Origin: Octopus bimaculoides
Lineage: Eukaryota
Reading direction: 5' to 3'
Assembly: GCF_001194135.2 (NCBI RefSeq)
Contig: NC_068994.1
Coordinates: 4,616,997-4,680,996, forward strand
DNA: 64,000 nt
Below the pieces are notes generated by a model that was not told the DNA's origin, made no database searches, and was given only the letters and a program-made list of their open reading frames with translations. This document shows positions 35,704 through 48,575 of the stretch, piece by piece. The first letter of the stretch is position 1. Every line of letters starts with the position of its first letter. Position numbers and translations under genes: made by a program.

Positions 35704-36244
35704 TTTCTTTTCTACTCCAGGCACAAGGCCCAAAATTTTGGGGAGGGGACCAGTTGATTAGATGAAGCAACCCCAGTACTGAAAGGATGAACGGCAAAGT
35801 TGACCTCGGTGAAATTTGAACTCAGAACATACTGCTAAGTGTTTCGCCTGGCGTGCTAACGTTTCTGCCAGCTCGCCACCCTGAAATAATCAGAATATTG
35901 TTTCCATAATAGAAATCTCTGATATTGTTGTTGTAGTTTAAGAATCATTACAGATTCTTCTCTTGTTGTATATATTAATGGTGGATGTGGATGTGGTCGT
36001 GCAGTTGACAGGTTCAGTCCCATTGGGTGACAAATGTTCTCTGCTACAACCCAAGGTCAACCAAAACTTAGGAGTGGATTTGGTAGATGGAAACTGAAGT
36101 GAAAGAAGCCTATTGTATATCATCACCACCACCACCACCACCACCATTTAACATCTGTTTTTCATGCTGGCATGGGTCGGTTGAGTGGTTTGACAGAAGC
36201 TGGCAAGCCAGAGGAATCCACCAAGCTCTACTGTCTGTGTATAA

Positions 36245-36285
<41 letters not shown>

Positions 36286-36440
36286 CCTTGACTTTACCTG
36301 ATTGTTGTAACTAAGTGTTACTGAAAGGATGAAAGGCAAAGTCAACCTCGGTGGAATTTGAACTCAGAATTTAGTGACAGCCGAAACAAGGCCAAGCATT
36401 TTGCCCGGCATGCTAATGATTCTGCCAGCTCGCTGCCTTC

Positions 36441-36494
<54 letters not shown>

Positions 36495-36745
36495 TTAGAG
36501 GCACAAGGCCAGCAATCGATCTCAGCACTTGACTGCTACTTCATTTTATTGACCCCAGAGGGATAAAAGGCAAGTTGACCCAAGAGTGATTTGAAATCAG
36601 AACATAAAGTTCAACAACAACGATTCTTTTTGTAGGCCTGAAATTTGGGGGAGGGGGATAGTTGATTACATTACCCCCCCCCCAGTGCTCAACTGGTACT
36701 TTATTTCATCAACCTCGTAAGAATGAAAAGTGAATTCGACCTCAA
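35704..36745 (-). mobile_element. Second train of co-oriented SINE-C copies (35704-35880, 36321-36440, 36495-36608, 36625-36745)
   Basis: Same central domain and B-box on the minus strand, with (taa)n spacers. Confidence 0.75.
36011..36235 (+). mobile_element. SINE-A 5' half (plus) followed at its linker by an RTE-a tail in reverse orientation
   Basis: ggttcagtccca...gaaagaagcc, then (cac)n-atttaacatc...catgctggcatgggtcgg. Confidence 0.65.
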
Positions 36746-36779
36746 GCAGAGGTAAGTCACTTGTGCAGTACCGCCAAGG

Positions 36780-37135
36780 GATCGATGACAATCAAAGAAA
36801 TTTCGTATTCAGATACATCTTGGATTGCATTACCCGGTGTGTCCTATTTTTTAAGACGGTAGGGCGAGTGATCTGCAGGAAACTCGGCTTCTATTTGCAG
36901 GAGGTCGAGTTCTACGCGGTACCTTTCAGATTAACACTTGCATAGACCTGATTTGAGCAGACATATGATTTGGAGTATTCCAGTCGTGACCACCACGTCC
37001 TTTTTTTGGATGTCAAGGACTACTTCCTCCAGTATGTCTCTCCTTTTATAAACAAGGCAGTGTGTTAGTTATTTGAAACAGATTTAGCTGCCTTTTCAAG
37101 CAGGTATCGGGACCACGTAGAGGCTTCTTCCTGGT
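36780..37135 (+). repeat. Unclassified dispersed repeat E (two partial units)
   Basis: ttttaagacggtaggg...g(a)ccacgtagaggct and gagcagacatatgat...attccagtcgtgacc. Related segments lie at about 38990-39185, 39470-39550, 39705-39900, 44870-45005, 47850-47975, 48780-48870, 48987-49030, 52048-52130 and 52594-52640. Confidence 0.6.
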
Positions 37136-37177
37136 TAGTTTATGTACGGAAGGTGTGTTACTTGTTTCTTCTACTAC

Positions 37178-37222
<45 letters not shown>

Positions 37223-37555
37223 CTTCAGTTACCCCTGCCTCTGCTGACACTACAACCCTCCATAAAAGCTGGCCAGCGAGGCTCTCCCATACATTTTGGC
37301 GTGTGTTCCTAGACAGAGAGTTGCACAATCCGACCCAAACAGAAATTAATGACAACCACATCTGTCAGAATTAGTCCAAAAATATACAAGACACAATAAA
37401 CAACGGACGAGATTACATATTCACAGTGTGTCTGCATGTATGTATATAATGTTTCTTTTGAAAACACTCACCTCGTAGTATGCCTACGAGTGTGTATCTG
37501 GATATGTGTGCGTGTTTTCATGGAAACATTCCATTTACTTATTTGCAATACTTTC

Positions 37556-37601
<46 letters not shown>

Positions 37602-37680
37602 AATTTATGTACAGTTATTTATCTATTCATTCATATACAAGCACAATAATGTAGACAATACAAAATATTATTTCTAAATT

Positions 37681-37717
<37 letters not shown>

Positions 37718-37808
37718 GTAAGGTATATTATGAGCATTTTTATAGAACACAGTATATATATATATATATATATTCCTGTATGATAAACTTGTGAATTAGG
37801 AAAACGGT

Positions 37809-37839
<31 letters not shown>

Positions 37840-38386
37840 CACAAATACATTTAAACGTATATATGAGAGTTCAATGAAAACTATATATATATATATATAT
37901 ACACACAATCATTAGAAAAAGTAACAAATAACATGGAGAAAGAAACATAAAACGTACCAAGATATTTAACCATGTTGCTAGAGACCCAGACAATTTATAT
38001 ATACATATATATATATATATATGTATATATATAACTCACCAGAAGAAGAGAAATCCACAGCAATGGGGAGGGGACGACATATGTGGTGTATTTGATAAGA
38101 CATAGTTTACACTTACTTCATGGACATCAATCAGTATTTGTATTCAGTTCCCGTCTCTTAATTACATCGAATGCTCGGTTGTTGTTCTTCCGAAAGTCTT
38201 CTATTTTTGTTTGGATTGTCTTTTGTTTTCTCTTGTTTGTTTGTTTTATGTGTGTCTTGAGAATTTTTACACTTTTAACGTTGGGTGGCCATTTTTAATG
38301 TTAAGACCGCACTAAATCTCGATAGACTCGCACTACTTTTTTGATATTGTAAACTGCTACCTACATTATATACATACACACACGAT

Positions 38387-38417
<31 letters not shown>

Positions 38418-38479
38418 TATTTTATATTATACACAAATATAAATATATATAATACATGTATATATAAATACACACTGAC

Positions 38480-38512
<33 letters not shown>

Positions 38513-40490
38513 TATATATATAAATATATATACACACATGAAACATACAAATACAGACACATACACACATACATATATATATACATATATATATATGTGT
38601 GTGTGTGTGTAATTAAATTTTAAATGGGTTTTATTTTTTAGGAAATTATAAAAGTGGAAAGACTTATAAACAAGCTATGAAGTTTATTTTTGTGTTTCTC
38701 TTAATTTAAATTATTTTATTTTATTATCGCAATTTCTGATTGATTGCTTTAATTTTAAATTAGATATTTTTATTTTTCCAGTACGCGGATATTACGTGGT
38801 AAAACTGAAGAGAAATTAGGTCACATTTGCTGTCAAGTCAGACTGGAAGCAAAGTCAAAGACGGTTATTGATTCCATGAAACTGGTCTTTTTGCGATGAT
38901 GTCTTATTTTCTTATAAATACATCGTCTCTTTTTCGTTCATTATAGGAAATAAAACTGAACCAAAGCTAACTTGTAGTGCTGTTGTTATTTAACCTCATG
39001 TCAATCCCCGGCGAAGCAGATTTATGTATGATCGAAGTTAAATCCAACCGTGACTGTCCTGTCGGGCATTGCATATTTAGTGTTACCTTATTACCTTATC
39101 CTATATGTCCTTCCTTTTTTAAGATGATAACGTGATTTAAGGGAGAGTTAGCTGTTGTTTCTAGCGGTTCGATCTACCACGTAAATGTTCTGTTGGTGGT
39201 TCGTGTTGTTATCTACACTGATAAACCTTACCATTATCACCGTAGTGCCGCCAATATTCGTTTCTCAATTTCCAGCTGTCAAAACCTGAAAATTACCAAA
39301 TCGCCAACACGGTTTCGATTCCCCGTTGAAGCTGGTCACTTGATTCACTACCCCACCCCTCCAAAAATAGTCCGCGTTTTTACCATCTTTTCCTGCCATT
39401 CTCCTTATAACTCTACATTTCGGTTGTCACAAAAGGGAAGAATTGTCAATATTATTGTTGTTCTGATGGAAGTGGTGTTGCTTGACCCCAAGATGAGTCC
39501 TGATTGGGCAGACTTATGGTCAAAAGTATTCCAACCAACCATGACCATCACGTTTTTTTTTCGGGTGGGGGTGGGGGCTATTTAGTTGTATATTATCCAA
39601 TGTACCTCTTCTTCTTGTAATTCAGTCAGGGTCGATTTAAAGGGTTTGACAACTATTTCTAGCAGGTCGAATGATCATACGTGGGTGCTTTCAATGTCCC
39701 GTTGTAGTTTATCCCCAGGTCAACTCTGAACGAGCAAACATTATCAAAGGCATTCAAACCATGACTATCGCATCATTTAAAAAATTTTTTTTTTTCATAT
39801 TAGGGATTATAAGAACCAAAATGTTCCAACCTTTTTTTAAAGATGATAGATTGTAATTTGAGAAATATTTAGCTAGTTTATTTAGCAGTTCCTTTGTTGA
39901 CTCGTTGTCATCAGGGAAGGTGGTGACGTTTTAAGTGAATAAATCTGATTACTGCAGTTAAGGGTTTAAACAGTAGCAGAAAAGACCTGGGACAAAATTC
40001 CAGAAGACAGAATGGATGGTTATTGGCTAGTGTGGAGGCTGGTAGAGGATAGACAATAGAAAGGCACAAGACCAACTAGTTGTAAAGGAACAGAAGTCAT
40101 TGTAGTTTCAGTAATAAAAAAGGTAGTGAGAAGAGACAGCACGTTTGAGGGACAAAGGCCAGAGCATTTCAGTCGATCACAAGTCTTTCTCTGAAAGGTG
40201 TTTAAGATATCAATGTGTACAGCAATACCACCACTGCCATCATCTCAGATATGGAAGTAGTAAGCCATTGTTGGGTTTCACATGAGCCATGTAGAGGGTC
40301 AGGAAGTGGTGGGAGTTGAGGTGTTTTCTGGGCCCTGAAGAGAGAGCCTAATTTTGAGGATGTGGCTTTAGCTATGTTAAGAATGTGTGTCTACCATGGG
40401 AGATCCTTAGTGATAGTGAATCCATTAAGATTTGGAGCATTTTAAGGGATCCAGATACTATTTATCATTAAAGGGATGTGATGCTACTCA

Positions 40491-40850
40491 AATGTTTATT
40501 TCTTTATTGCCCATAGGGGACAAACAAGGACAGAGAAAGGGATTAAGTCGATTAGATCGACCCCAGTGCGTAACTGGTACTTATTTAACTGATCCTGAAA
40601 GGATGAAAGGCAAAGTCAACCTCGGCGGAATTTGAACTCAAATATTTATTTCTTTATTGCCCACAGGGTGGGGGGGGCAAAACATAGAGGGGACAATCAA
40701 GGACAAACAAAGATATTAAGTCGATTACATTGACCCCAGTGCGTAACTGGTACTTATTTAATCGACCTTGGCGGAATTTGAACTCGGAACGTAAAGTCAG
40801 ATGAAATACCACTAAGTATCTCTAACGATTCTGCCAGCTTGCCATCCTTT
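40491..40850 (-). mobile_element. Two abutting SINE-C copies (one 5'-truncated, one internally deleted)
   Basis: Duplicated tttatttctttattgccca...gaccccagtgcgtaactggtacttattta. Confidence 0.8.
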
Positions 40851-41641
40851 TAAAGTTAAATATCATCACCATTCATCTAACATTCAGCCATTAAACTGGA
40901 ACTTGACATTTATGTTGCAACAAGGTCAACAACAGTAAAAATTTTTTGCTCTTTATATGAAACGGATAATAATGTTTGATGAAATTCGAGACAGGTATCA
41001 TTTTTAATGTGAATGGCTAAAGGTCTGTATTTCTTAATGGAATATTTAGTGATAACAAAAGATGGTGGTTGAACAGTTTTGATGAAAATGAAGACATGAA
41101 TAAACGAGAGAATAGTGAAGAAAAGATGTGTTTCCATTAATCAGTGTTGGTACAAAATGATATCTGGAGTTTCTTGTAAAACTGAACCCTTTCCATCTAA
41201 ACTTGCTAAGCAAAACTGAAGCAAATATGAAATAGTTATTGGAAAGTAACTTATCTTCATCTAAGTCTGTCTGACTAACAATTTATGGAGATATATACGT
41301 CTGTCTATCAATATACAGACTAGCTATGTATTTATCTATATTTATTGCTCTTTTTTTCTTTTCCCTTTCCATCTCCCTGTGTGTGTGTAAAGTATATATA
41401 TTTGGATTTGGATTTCTTTGTAGATTAGTAAATAAATCCATCTGTTTATATATCTATAAATCTGTCTATGTCAGTCTGTCTCTCTATCTGTCTGTGTAGA
41501 TTTTTTTTATCAATATTAAGTAGAAGCAACAGAGTGACTCAAGGGTCAAGACTCATATATTAACACTTATCAAACTTTTTGAGGAGTGCTAACACTTGAA
41601 ACTTCCGGGCTTTGAGTCACTCTGTTGGTTCTACTAAATAT

Positions 41642-41683
<42 letters not shown>

Positions 41684-41837
41684 TTATGTTTTGAGTTCTG
41701 TTTTTCCTGTTTGCATCACTAAACCTGTGTCTATTTATCTATCTATCTGTCTGTCTGATTGTCTGTCCGTCCATCCATCCATCCATCAGTCTGTTTGTCC
41801 GCCAGTCCATCCATCCATCCATCCATCCACATATATA

Positions 41838-42228
41838 TCATCATCATCATCATCATTTAACGTCCCTTTCCATGCTGGCATGGGTTGGACAGTTTGACCG
41901 AAAACTGGTAAGCTGGGGAGCTGCATCGGGTTTCAATCTCATTTGGTAAGGTTTCTACAGCTGGATGCCCTCCCTAATGCCAACCACTCCAAGAGTGTAC
42001 TGGGTGCTTTTTACGTGCCACCAGCACAGGAGCCAGTTAGAAAACCCCGAGAGTGTAGTGGGTGCTTTTTACATGCCACTGGCACAGGAGCCAATCCGGT
42101 GGCCTTGGCATCGATCACATTCGGATAGTGCATTTTACGTGCCACCAGTACGAGAGCCAGTCAAGAGGCACTGGCATCGGCCACGTTCGGATGGTGCTTT
42201 ATACATGCCACCAGTACGGAAGCCAGGT
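41838..42228 (-). mobile_element. RTE-a 3' UTR with several internal subrepeats
   Basis: Tail motif plus repeated ttttac(g/a)tgccac...gagccag...cactggcatcg units. Confidence 0.85.
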
Positions 42229-42589
42229 GAGTATGCCTTGCTGGATCAATCATGTCAGTATGCATAAACAATATAGTGCGAATGAGCTGTGAGAAAAACT
42301 GTTTCTGAAGAATCAGACGTTATTTGCAAGAGACAAGACTACATTTGTGTAGATGATGGTAATGGCATAGAAAAGTGCTGAGAAAACACAGTGGAACAAG
42401 GAAACCTAGAAAGACAAAGAACAGAGTTGGTGAAAACTGATCTAAAGATGCCGAACCTTGCAAAAGAGATTGACAAGTGACTGTGACAATTGGTAATGAC
42501 ATGACATACCATAAAGGTGAAAACTGATTCTATTGAGCAAGAATTGCAGAAAGGATGCCTGTGATGCGTGAGTTGGTGGCTGAGATGCT

Positions 42590-42861
42590 CTTGTTGCATT
42601 CACCCCCTCCCCCTCACTGCTCCTCCTCCAGTGATCTCTCCCCTCAGCCTTCCCACACAAGATACTTCATCCTCTACTTTCTCTCTCTATCTCTTTCTCT
42701 TTTTCTCTCTCTCTCTCTTTCCTCCTCCTCAACCTCTCCATGCAAGATATTTTCCTCTTCAGCTCCTCCCCACCTCTATGGTATCCTCCTCCCTCCATCC
42801 TCTCCTTACCTCACTCCATTCGCCCTCTCCTCTCCCCTCTACCTCTACAATGCTTTTCAGC

Positions 42862-42902
<41 letters not shown>

Positions 42903-43460
42903 AGCCTTTCTTACTACATCCTCCCTCTGCTTTCTCCTACCACTTTCTCTCATCATTCTCTCTGATGCTTTCTCTACATTCAAACTCTGCTCNNNNNNNN
43001 NNNNNNNNNNNNNNNNNNNNNNNNNNNNNNNNNNNNNNNNNNNNNNNNNNNNNNNNNNNNNNNNNNNNNNNNNNNNNNNNNNNNNNNNNNNNNNNNNNNN
43101 NNNNNNNNNNNNNNNNNNNNNNNNNNNNNNNNNNNNNNNNNNNNNNNNNNNNNNNNNNNNNNNNNNNNNNNNNNNNNNNNNNNNNNNNNNCCCCCCCCAT
43201 AACTCCCTCACTCTGCTTTCCTTCAAAATTCTCTCCAACTCCTCATCACCCTCATCTATTTCTCTTTCATATTCCCTTTCCCTCACACCTTCCACCTATC
43301 CTCACCCTTATAATAAGGGATGGCCCTGGGCCCCCTCACCCTTACCGCTCAGTCCCTCCCTTTCTTACTAACACTTGATATTAATTCCTTTCTTTTTACT
43401 CTGTCCCTTTCAGACCCACTCCCCCCTCCACCACTATCTGCTCAATTGCTCACTCCACCT
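42590..43460 (+). repeat. Pyrimidine-rich (CT/CCT) low-complexity tract
   Basis: Directly visible; includes (CT)n and a gap. Confidence 0.85.
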
Positions 43461-43629
43461 CCCACCCCTGTCACAATTATAAAGCTGAATGTGTTGTATG
43501 TATGGTCATGTATGTGTGTATATATGTATGGACATGTATGTGTGTATGTATGTATATATGTATGTGTGTGTGTGTGTATGTATGTGTGTATGGCATTATT
43601 CAGTTTTATTTCAAGATTTCTTGCCTCAT

Positions 43630-43695
43630 TGGCTCCTGTGAAACCGTCCAACCCATGCCAGCACGGAAGGCAGACATTGAATGATGATGATGATG
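43630..43695 (+). mobile_element. Short RTE-a tail
   Basis: aaaccgtccaacccatgccagcacggaaggcagacattgaa(tga)n. Confidence 0.7.
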
Positions 43696-43710
43696 TGTGT
43701 GTGTGTGTGT

Positions 43711-44150
43711 TGTAGAGTGACTGAATACAAGTTGCCTCCATGCATCACTTCTTTTGACTATGTGAAGGCCTTCATCAGTGTCAAGATGAATATTGTGCTG
43801 AAATCACTGGGAATGCAAGGTATTGAGGAGCAATGCACCAAACTGCTCAGGGATGTGAACCCTGGATTCACCACAGATATATCTCTGCTATCACCACCAG
43901 TAAGAGTTCCAATTGGGAAAGGTGTCAAGCAAGGAGATATTATCTCTCCAAATCTCTTCACTGTGTGTCAAGAAATTGCCAGCAGGGGACAGGTAGCATG
44001 AACATCAGCAGTGAGCTAATACACACCCTATTCACAGATAACATTGTACTCAGTGCCAAAACCACAAATCAGCTGCTGACCAACCTCACAGAGCTGGACA
44101 CCCATAGCTGTTAGTAGGCCTTAAAATGAACCATATGTAAAAAAAAATAC
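43711..44150 (+). mobile_element. RT fragment of a second RTE-like lineage
   Basis: EYKLPPCITSFDYVKAF...IGKGVKQGDIISPNLF, then LFTDNIVL and VGLKMN. These are non-LTR RT motifs distinct from RTE-a. Confidence 0.8.
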
Positions 44151-44521
44151 ATGCTGCCCAAAGACATAGAATAAGGCCAAATAAGAGCACATCTTTTGAT
44201 GCAAGTCTAATGAAGTTCTAATGTTTAAAGTTGCAAAGATGCAACTTCTTAGATAGAACTTTTGTATGGAATGGTGTTAAAAACAGAGTGATACTGAAAC
44301 AATTATAACTGACCATTAAAGATGTGCTAAACTCTCTCATTATCTTATTTGGATAATATTTTAATCTTCGCTAGACCCACATGTTGGATTTACTGGTCTC
44401 ATACCTGGATTTCCTACACCTGAAAAATTTCAATCTTCTGTGAGACTCCAATTCAAGACAGCCTCAGGAATACTCCAGTTTTCTACCATTTCAGGACCAT
44501 GATGTATACATATATATATCA

Positions 44522-44820
44522 TCATTGTCATTTAACGTCCGTTGTCCATGCTGGCATGGGTTGGACGGCTTGACCAGGGCTGGCCAGCTGGAAGGCTGCA
44601 CCAGACCCCAGTCTGATTTGGCAGGGTTTCGACAGATCGATGCTCTTCCTAACACCAACCACTCCGAGAGTGTAATGGGTGACTTTATGTGTCACCGGCA
44701 CGTGTGCCATTTGCGTGACACCGGTATCTGCCACGACTGCGATTTTGCTCGTTTTCATGGGTCTTCTTCTCAAGCACGACATAATTTCAAAGGTCTCGGT
44801 CATTGCCTCCGTGGGGCCCA
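44522..44820 (-). mobile_element. RTE-a 3' end including the last ORF codons
   Basis: Tail motif. caaaggtctcggtcattgcctc matches the ORF end at 35185-35215. Confidence 0.8.
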
Positions 44821-45699
44821 ACACACACACACACACACACACACTTACATGCATATGCGTTATTTTTGTTCTTTAGCCCTCTATCGACCTTGATCCAGCA
44901 AAGTTATTATCAAAGCCATTTCAGCCGTGACTGTCTCACACATTTAAATACAAGGGCATCTAAGATAATCTACTGTCTCCGTTTAGGTCGCTATTTCTAA
45001 CAACTGAGCAACAACGCAAGAAGTTCCGTCTTTCGCTGTTTCTGTCGGCGCAGATGCGCGCGCGAGCGTATGTGCGTGCGTGCGCGTATATGTGTGTGAA
45101 TGCAAATGTTCGTTTAGCTATGTATTAGATGCACGTGAATAACCGTGTGTGTGTGGATATGAATGCATGTATGTATGTATGTATGTATGTATGCATACCC
45201 GTATTTGTTCATGGGTGTATTTGACAGCTGTTCGTAGATAGGTATGTGCGTGTGTGTGTGTGTGTGTGTACAGTTGTATGAGCGTACTTTTAAATATGTG
45301 TGCGTATATGCAGTAGAATTATTGTGCGCATGTGTGTATTTATGCGTGTATGTATATGTCTAATGTGATGTGTAATAAGTATACGCGGTTATGTGTGTGT
45401 ATGTGTCTAATTAGCGTGTGCTAATTTAAATATGTGTGCGTATGTGCATTTGGTCTGATGTAGGTAGATGTATGTATATGTGTATGTGTGTGGCTATAAA
45501 AATGTGCGTGCGCATGTGTGCGTTTGAATAGGTGTGTGTGTGTGTGTGTGTGTTGCTAGTGCATACAAATCTGTGTATGTGTTGCTTGCGTATACAAATG
45601 TATGTGAATGCGCAAATGTGTGTAAATGGATATGTGTGTGTGTGATTGCGCAAATGTATGTGGATGTGTGTGAGTGTGTGCGTGTGTGACGTAGGTTGA

Positions 45700-47250
45700 T
45701 CTGAGGTTGTAAAAAGTATACATGTCAGGGGAGATAATAGATGCCATCTTGAAACCCGGCTTGGTCGGCATTAAGGGTCTGGACATACGGCTCGCAAATG
45801 GACACTAAGCATTGATAACACAAAATATAAATTTTAAAGAATAGAAATATATTAATAATAGTGACAATATTTGATGACGGTCGAATTGTTCGTGACACGT
45901 GGGTATTTTATATTTAATTAAATGTTTGATTAGTTTCAACGTTCAAGGGAGACAATCATATTGCCAGTGAGAAGAGTACGTAGGGGGGGGAGGTTATGGT
46001 ATTACGTATGCATATGTATGTATATATCTTCCTCTCCATAGACATATACGTATATTTACCTATGTCTATGTATATGTAGGTGTGTGTGGATGTGTGTGGT
46101 GAAAGAGTAAGCAAAGTTAAATCTATTGCACTGCTGGGGTACACAATTTGCACTGACACCGTTTGTCTGTCTGTGAGTCTGGCTGAGCTCTGGTCACGTC
46201 TATTTAAAAAATTGCCAATATTGAAGTGATCAAAAGAGGCCATCGGAAAGGTAAGCGTTTTAGAAGTGTTCTTAGCTTTTGGCCATGTAGTTTATGTGTG
46301 CATATGTGTATGTGTGTGGTTGGTTTCTGTGAAGACATTTTGGTTGGAGGTGATCTGTGTGTGTCGGATGGGGAGTGAGAGGAAGACAGTAGTAGAAGAG
46401 AGGGAGGAAGGGGGTGTCAGGCACAGGCAGAGAAGGGAGGGAGGGAAAGGAAGGGGGAAGAGTCACAGGAAAAGAGGAGGGAAAGGTTGATAGATAGAGA
46501 GAGGGGAAGGGAGGAAGAGGCGCAATGAATGAATAAAAAGGAGGTGACATGTAGAGAGAGAAAGAGAAAGAGCGAGAACGTGTTGACTGGTTTAGAGAGG
46601 ACAGGAATAATTATGGAAGAGAGGAAGTGACAGATTTGAAAAGAAGGAGGCAAAAAAAAAAATTAGAAATGTGATGGGCACACAGGAAGTAAGAGGGGGG
46701 GGGGGGGGGTGATTGACGCAGAGAGAGAGATAGAGAGGGTGAAAAAGGACAGATATATAGACAAAGAAAGGGTGGGAGGAGGAGAAGAAGAGAAAGACGA
46801 ATGCATCTGTATCGTTCTCTCTATTTGATTGGAAAGAAAAGGCAGACAGGAAGAAGGAGGTGGAAAAGACGTGATAAATGAAGCCGTGACTGACGAAGTG
46901 AAATAAAAGATAGAGTTAACAATAGGAGGAAGGGGTGAGGTGTTTTTTTTTGATTGAAGGGACTGAGTGAGGTGGGGGGGATTTAAGGAGGAAGAGGAAA
47001 GTGTGAAGTGAATAAGCTGGGGATGGCGGCGAAAGACGTGAAACCCTACAACTCACCTTCACTGTCGTCTCGTCATTGTATCTCTTTTCTTCCTGTCTTT
47101 CTCTTCTCTCATTCCGTTTGTCTCTCACACAATGTAAACAAGCACCTGTCAACTGACCGTCCAAAGATTCTGGTAAAACCCGTTGCTGGCCTTCGTACGC
47201 GAACCGTCGATGATTATTTGTCGAAGCTTTTTGTTCATTAAGTTTGAACC
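45700..47250. promoter_or_regulatory. Candidate bidirectional promoter / first-exon region between ZNF-A and ZNF-B
   Basis: Plus donor AAG|GTAAGC at 46250/46251, minus donor AAG|GTGAGT at 47057/47056, YY1-like GCCATCTT at 45743 and GATGGCGGC at 47022, CpG cluster at 47170-47225. Confidence 0.4.
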
Positions 47251-48479
47251 ATCACAGCCTATGTCATGTTGGAAATAATGCATTCGTTTCAGTTTTCAAA
47301 TATTCTCCCACATGCAAACCCCGAAATAATGAATGTCACGAAATCTCGTGTATCTTTTTTCCACTATAAATTTGTGTATGTTTAGTAAAAAGTTAGAAAC
47401 CAATAACTATCTAATGATTAGTGACGGGTGATTGCATGCAGGATTCGCCAGAGCACCAGGCTAATACTTACCATAAGTATTCAGCTTCGTCCCTCGTTTC
47501 AAATACCAACAGAATCGACTTTACCTTGTTGTCCCCTACTAAATAAAATAACTACCACTTACATATACAATTTACTATACTCCCATCTTCTAAAAATGTG
47601 TCGTCTTGGCAGGTACCCTTGCTTTCTAATTCTTCTTAACCGAATTTGTCCTAAAAAAACCCCCAAAAAACTCTTAAAGGGTCGTCTAATTTGTGAATAG
47701 TCCATATTTTAAATTTCCAGTAAATCATATATATATATATATGTATTTCTTTTTTTAAAATTTTGTTACGAGAAATATTTATTAATTACTTAATCTACTC
47801 GAGTCCGTAAAAATCTTACTCGTATTTTTAATAAGTTGAATTAGTTGTTTAGTATTTGGTCAGCCCTATGCCTTTTACACTTCAATCAACCGCCTGGAAA
47901 AGGCTGTAATTTGAGGGAGGTTTTGCTGCTATTTCCAGTCGCACGATCGACCACGCAAGGGCTTCCTCGTTGGCTAAGTAGTCCAGTAGGTTTTACTGTA
48001 GTTCGATAAGGGTAGGGGTCTGCTTGCACCTTTTAATTGACTTTACTCCTTAAAATTAATTAACGTTAAACACTGCATTCGTAATTATTGAATTAAACAC
48101 ACACACACACATAACAAATGATTAATATAAATGCTCTCGAGATGCCTAGTTATTTGTTATGACAATGCTGGTTTATTCTTGAAGATATCGAGTTTATTTT
48201 ATTTTTCTTGTTATTTTAATTCCTTGTCGCTTGTCGCCCAAATATACCTGATGCACCCAGCTCTTCTATTGTTATTATGATTGTGTTTCCTACCCCCAAG
48301 TCCTGTACCGAAGAACTTCATTCAGTGTTTCCGCCTTTTTTATGCCGAAATGTGTCGGACACAATTGTCATAGAAAAGTAATTACACCCGGGGTCGCTGC
48401 ACTCTACAAGAATACTGCAGCAGTCGGGTCTTAAGTCCCCTTGCCCGCCCTTAAAGTGCAAGCAACTCTAAGAAAATTC

Positions 48480-48575
48480 GTTCAAGGTTCTCAACCGCAG
48501 AAGACACCAGTATTAGTTTCGACCCTGGACGAATGAAAGGCGAAGTTTATCTCGACGGGATTTGAACTCGGAAAA
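48480..48575 (-). mobile_element. Diverged SINE-C fragment
   Basis: gaatgaaaggcgaagttt...gggatttgaactcggaa. Confidence 0.55.

Noticed and set aside
39193-39585. 130-aa ORF
   Set aside because: Non-ATG start, overlaps repeat E and has no protein motif.
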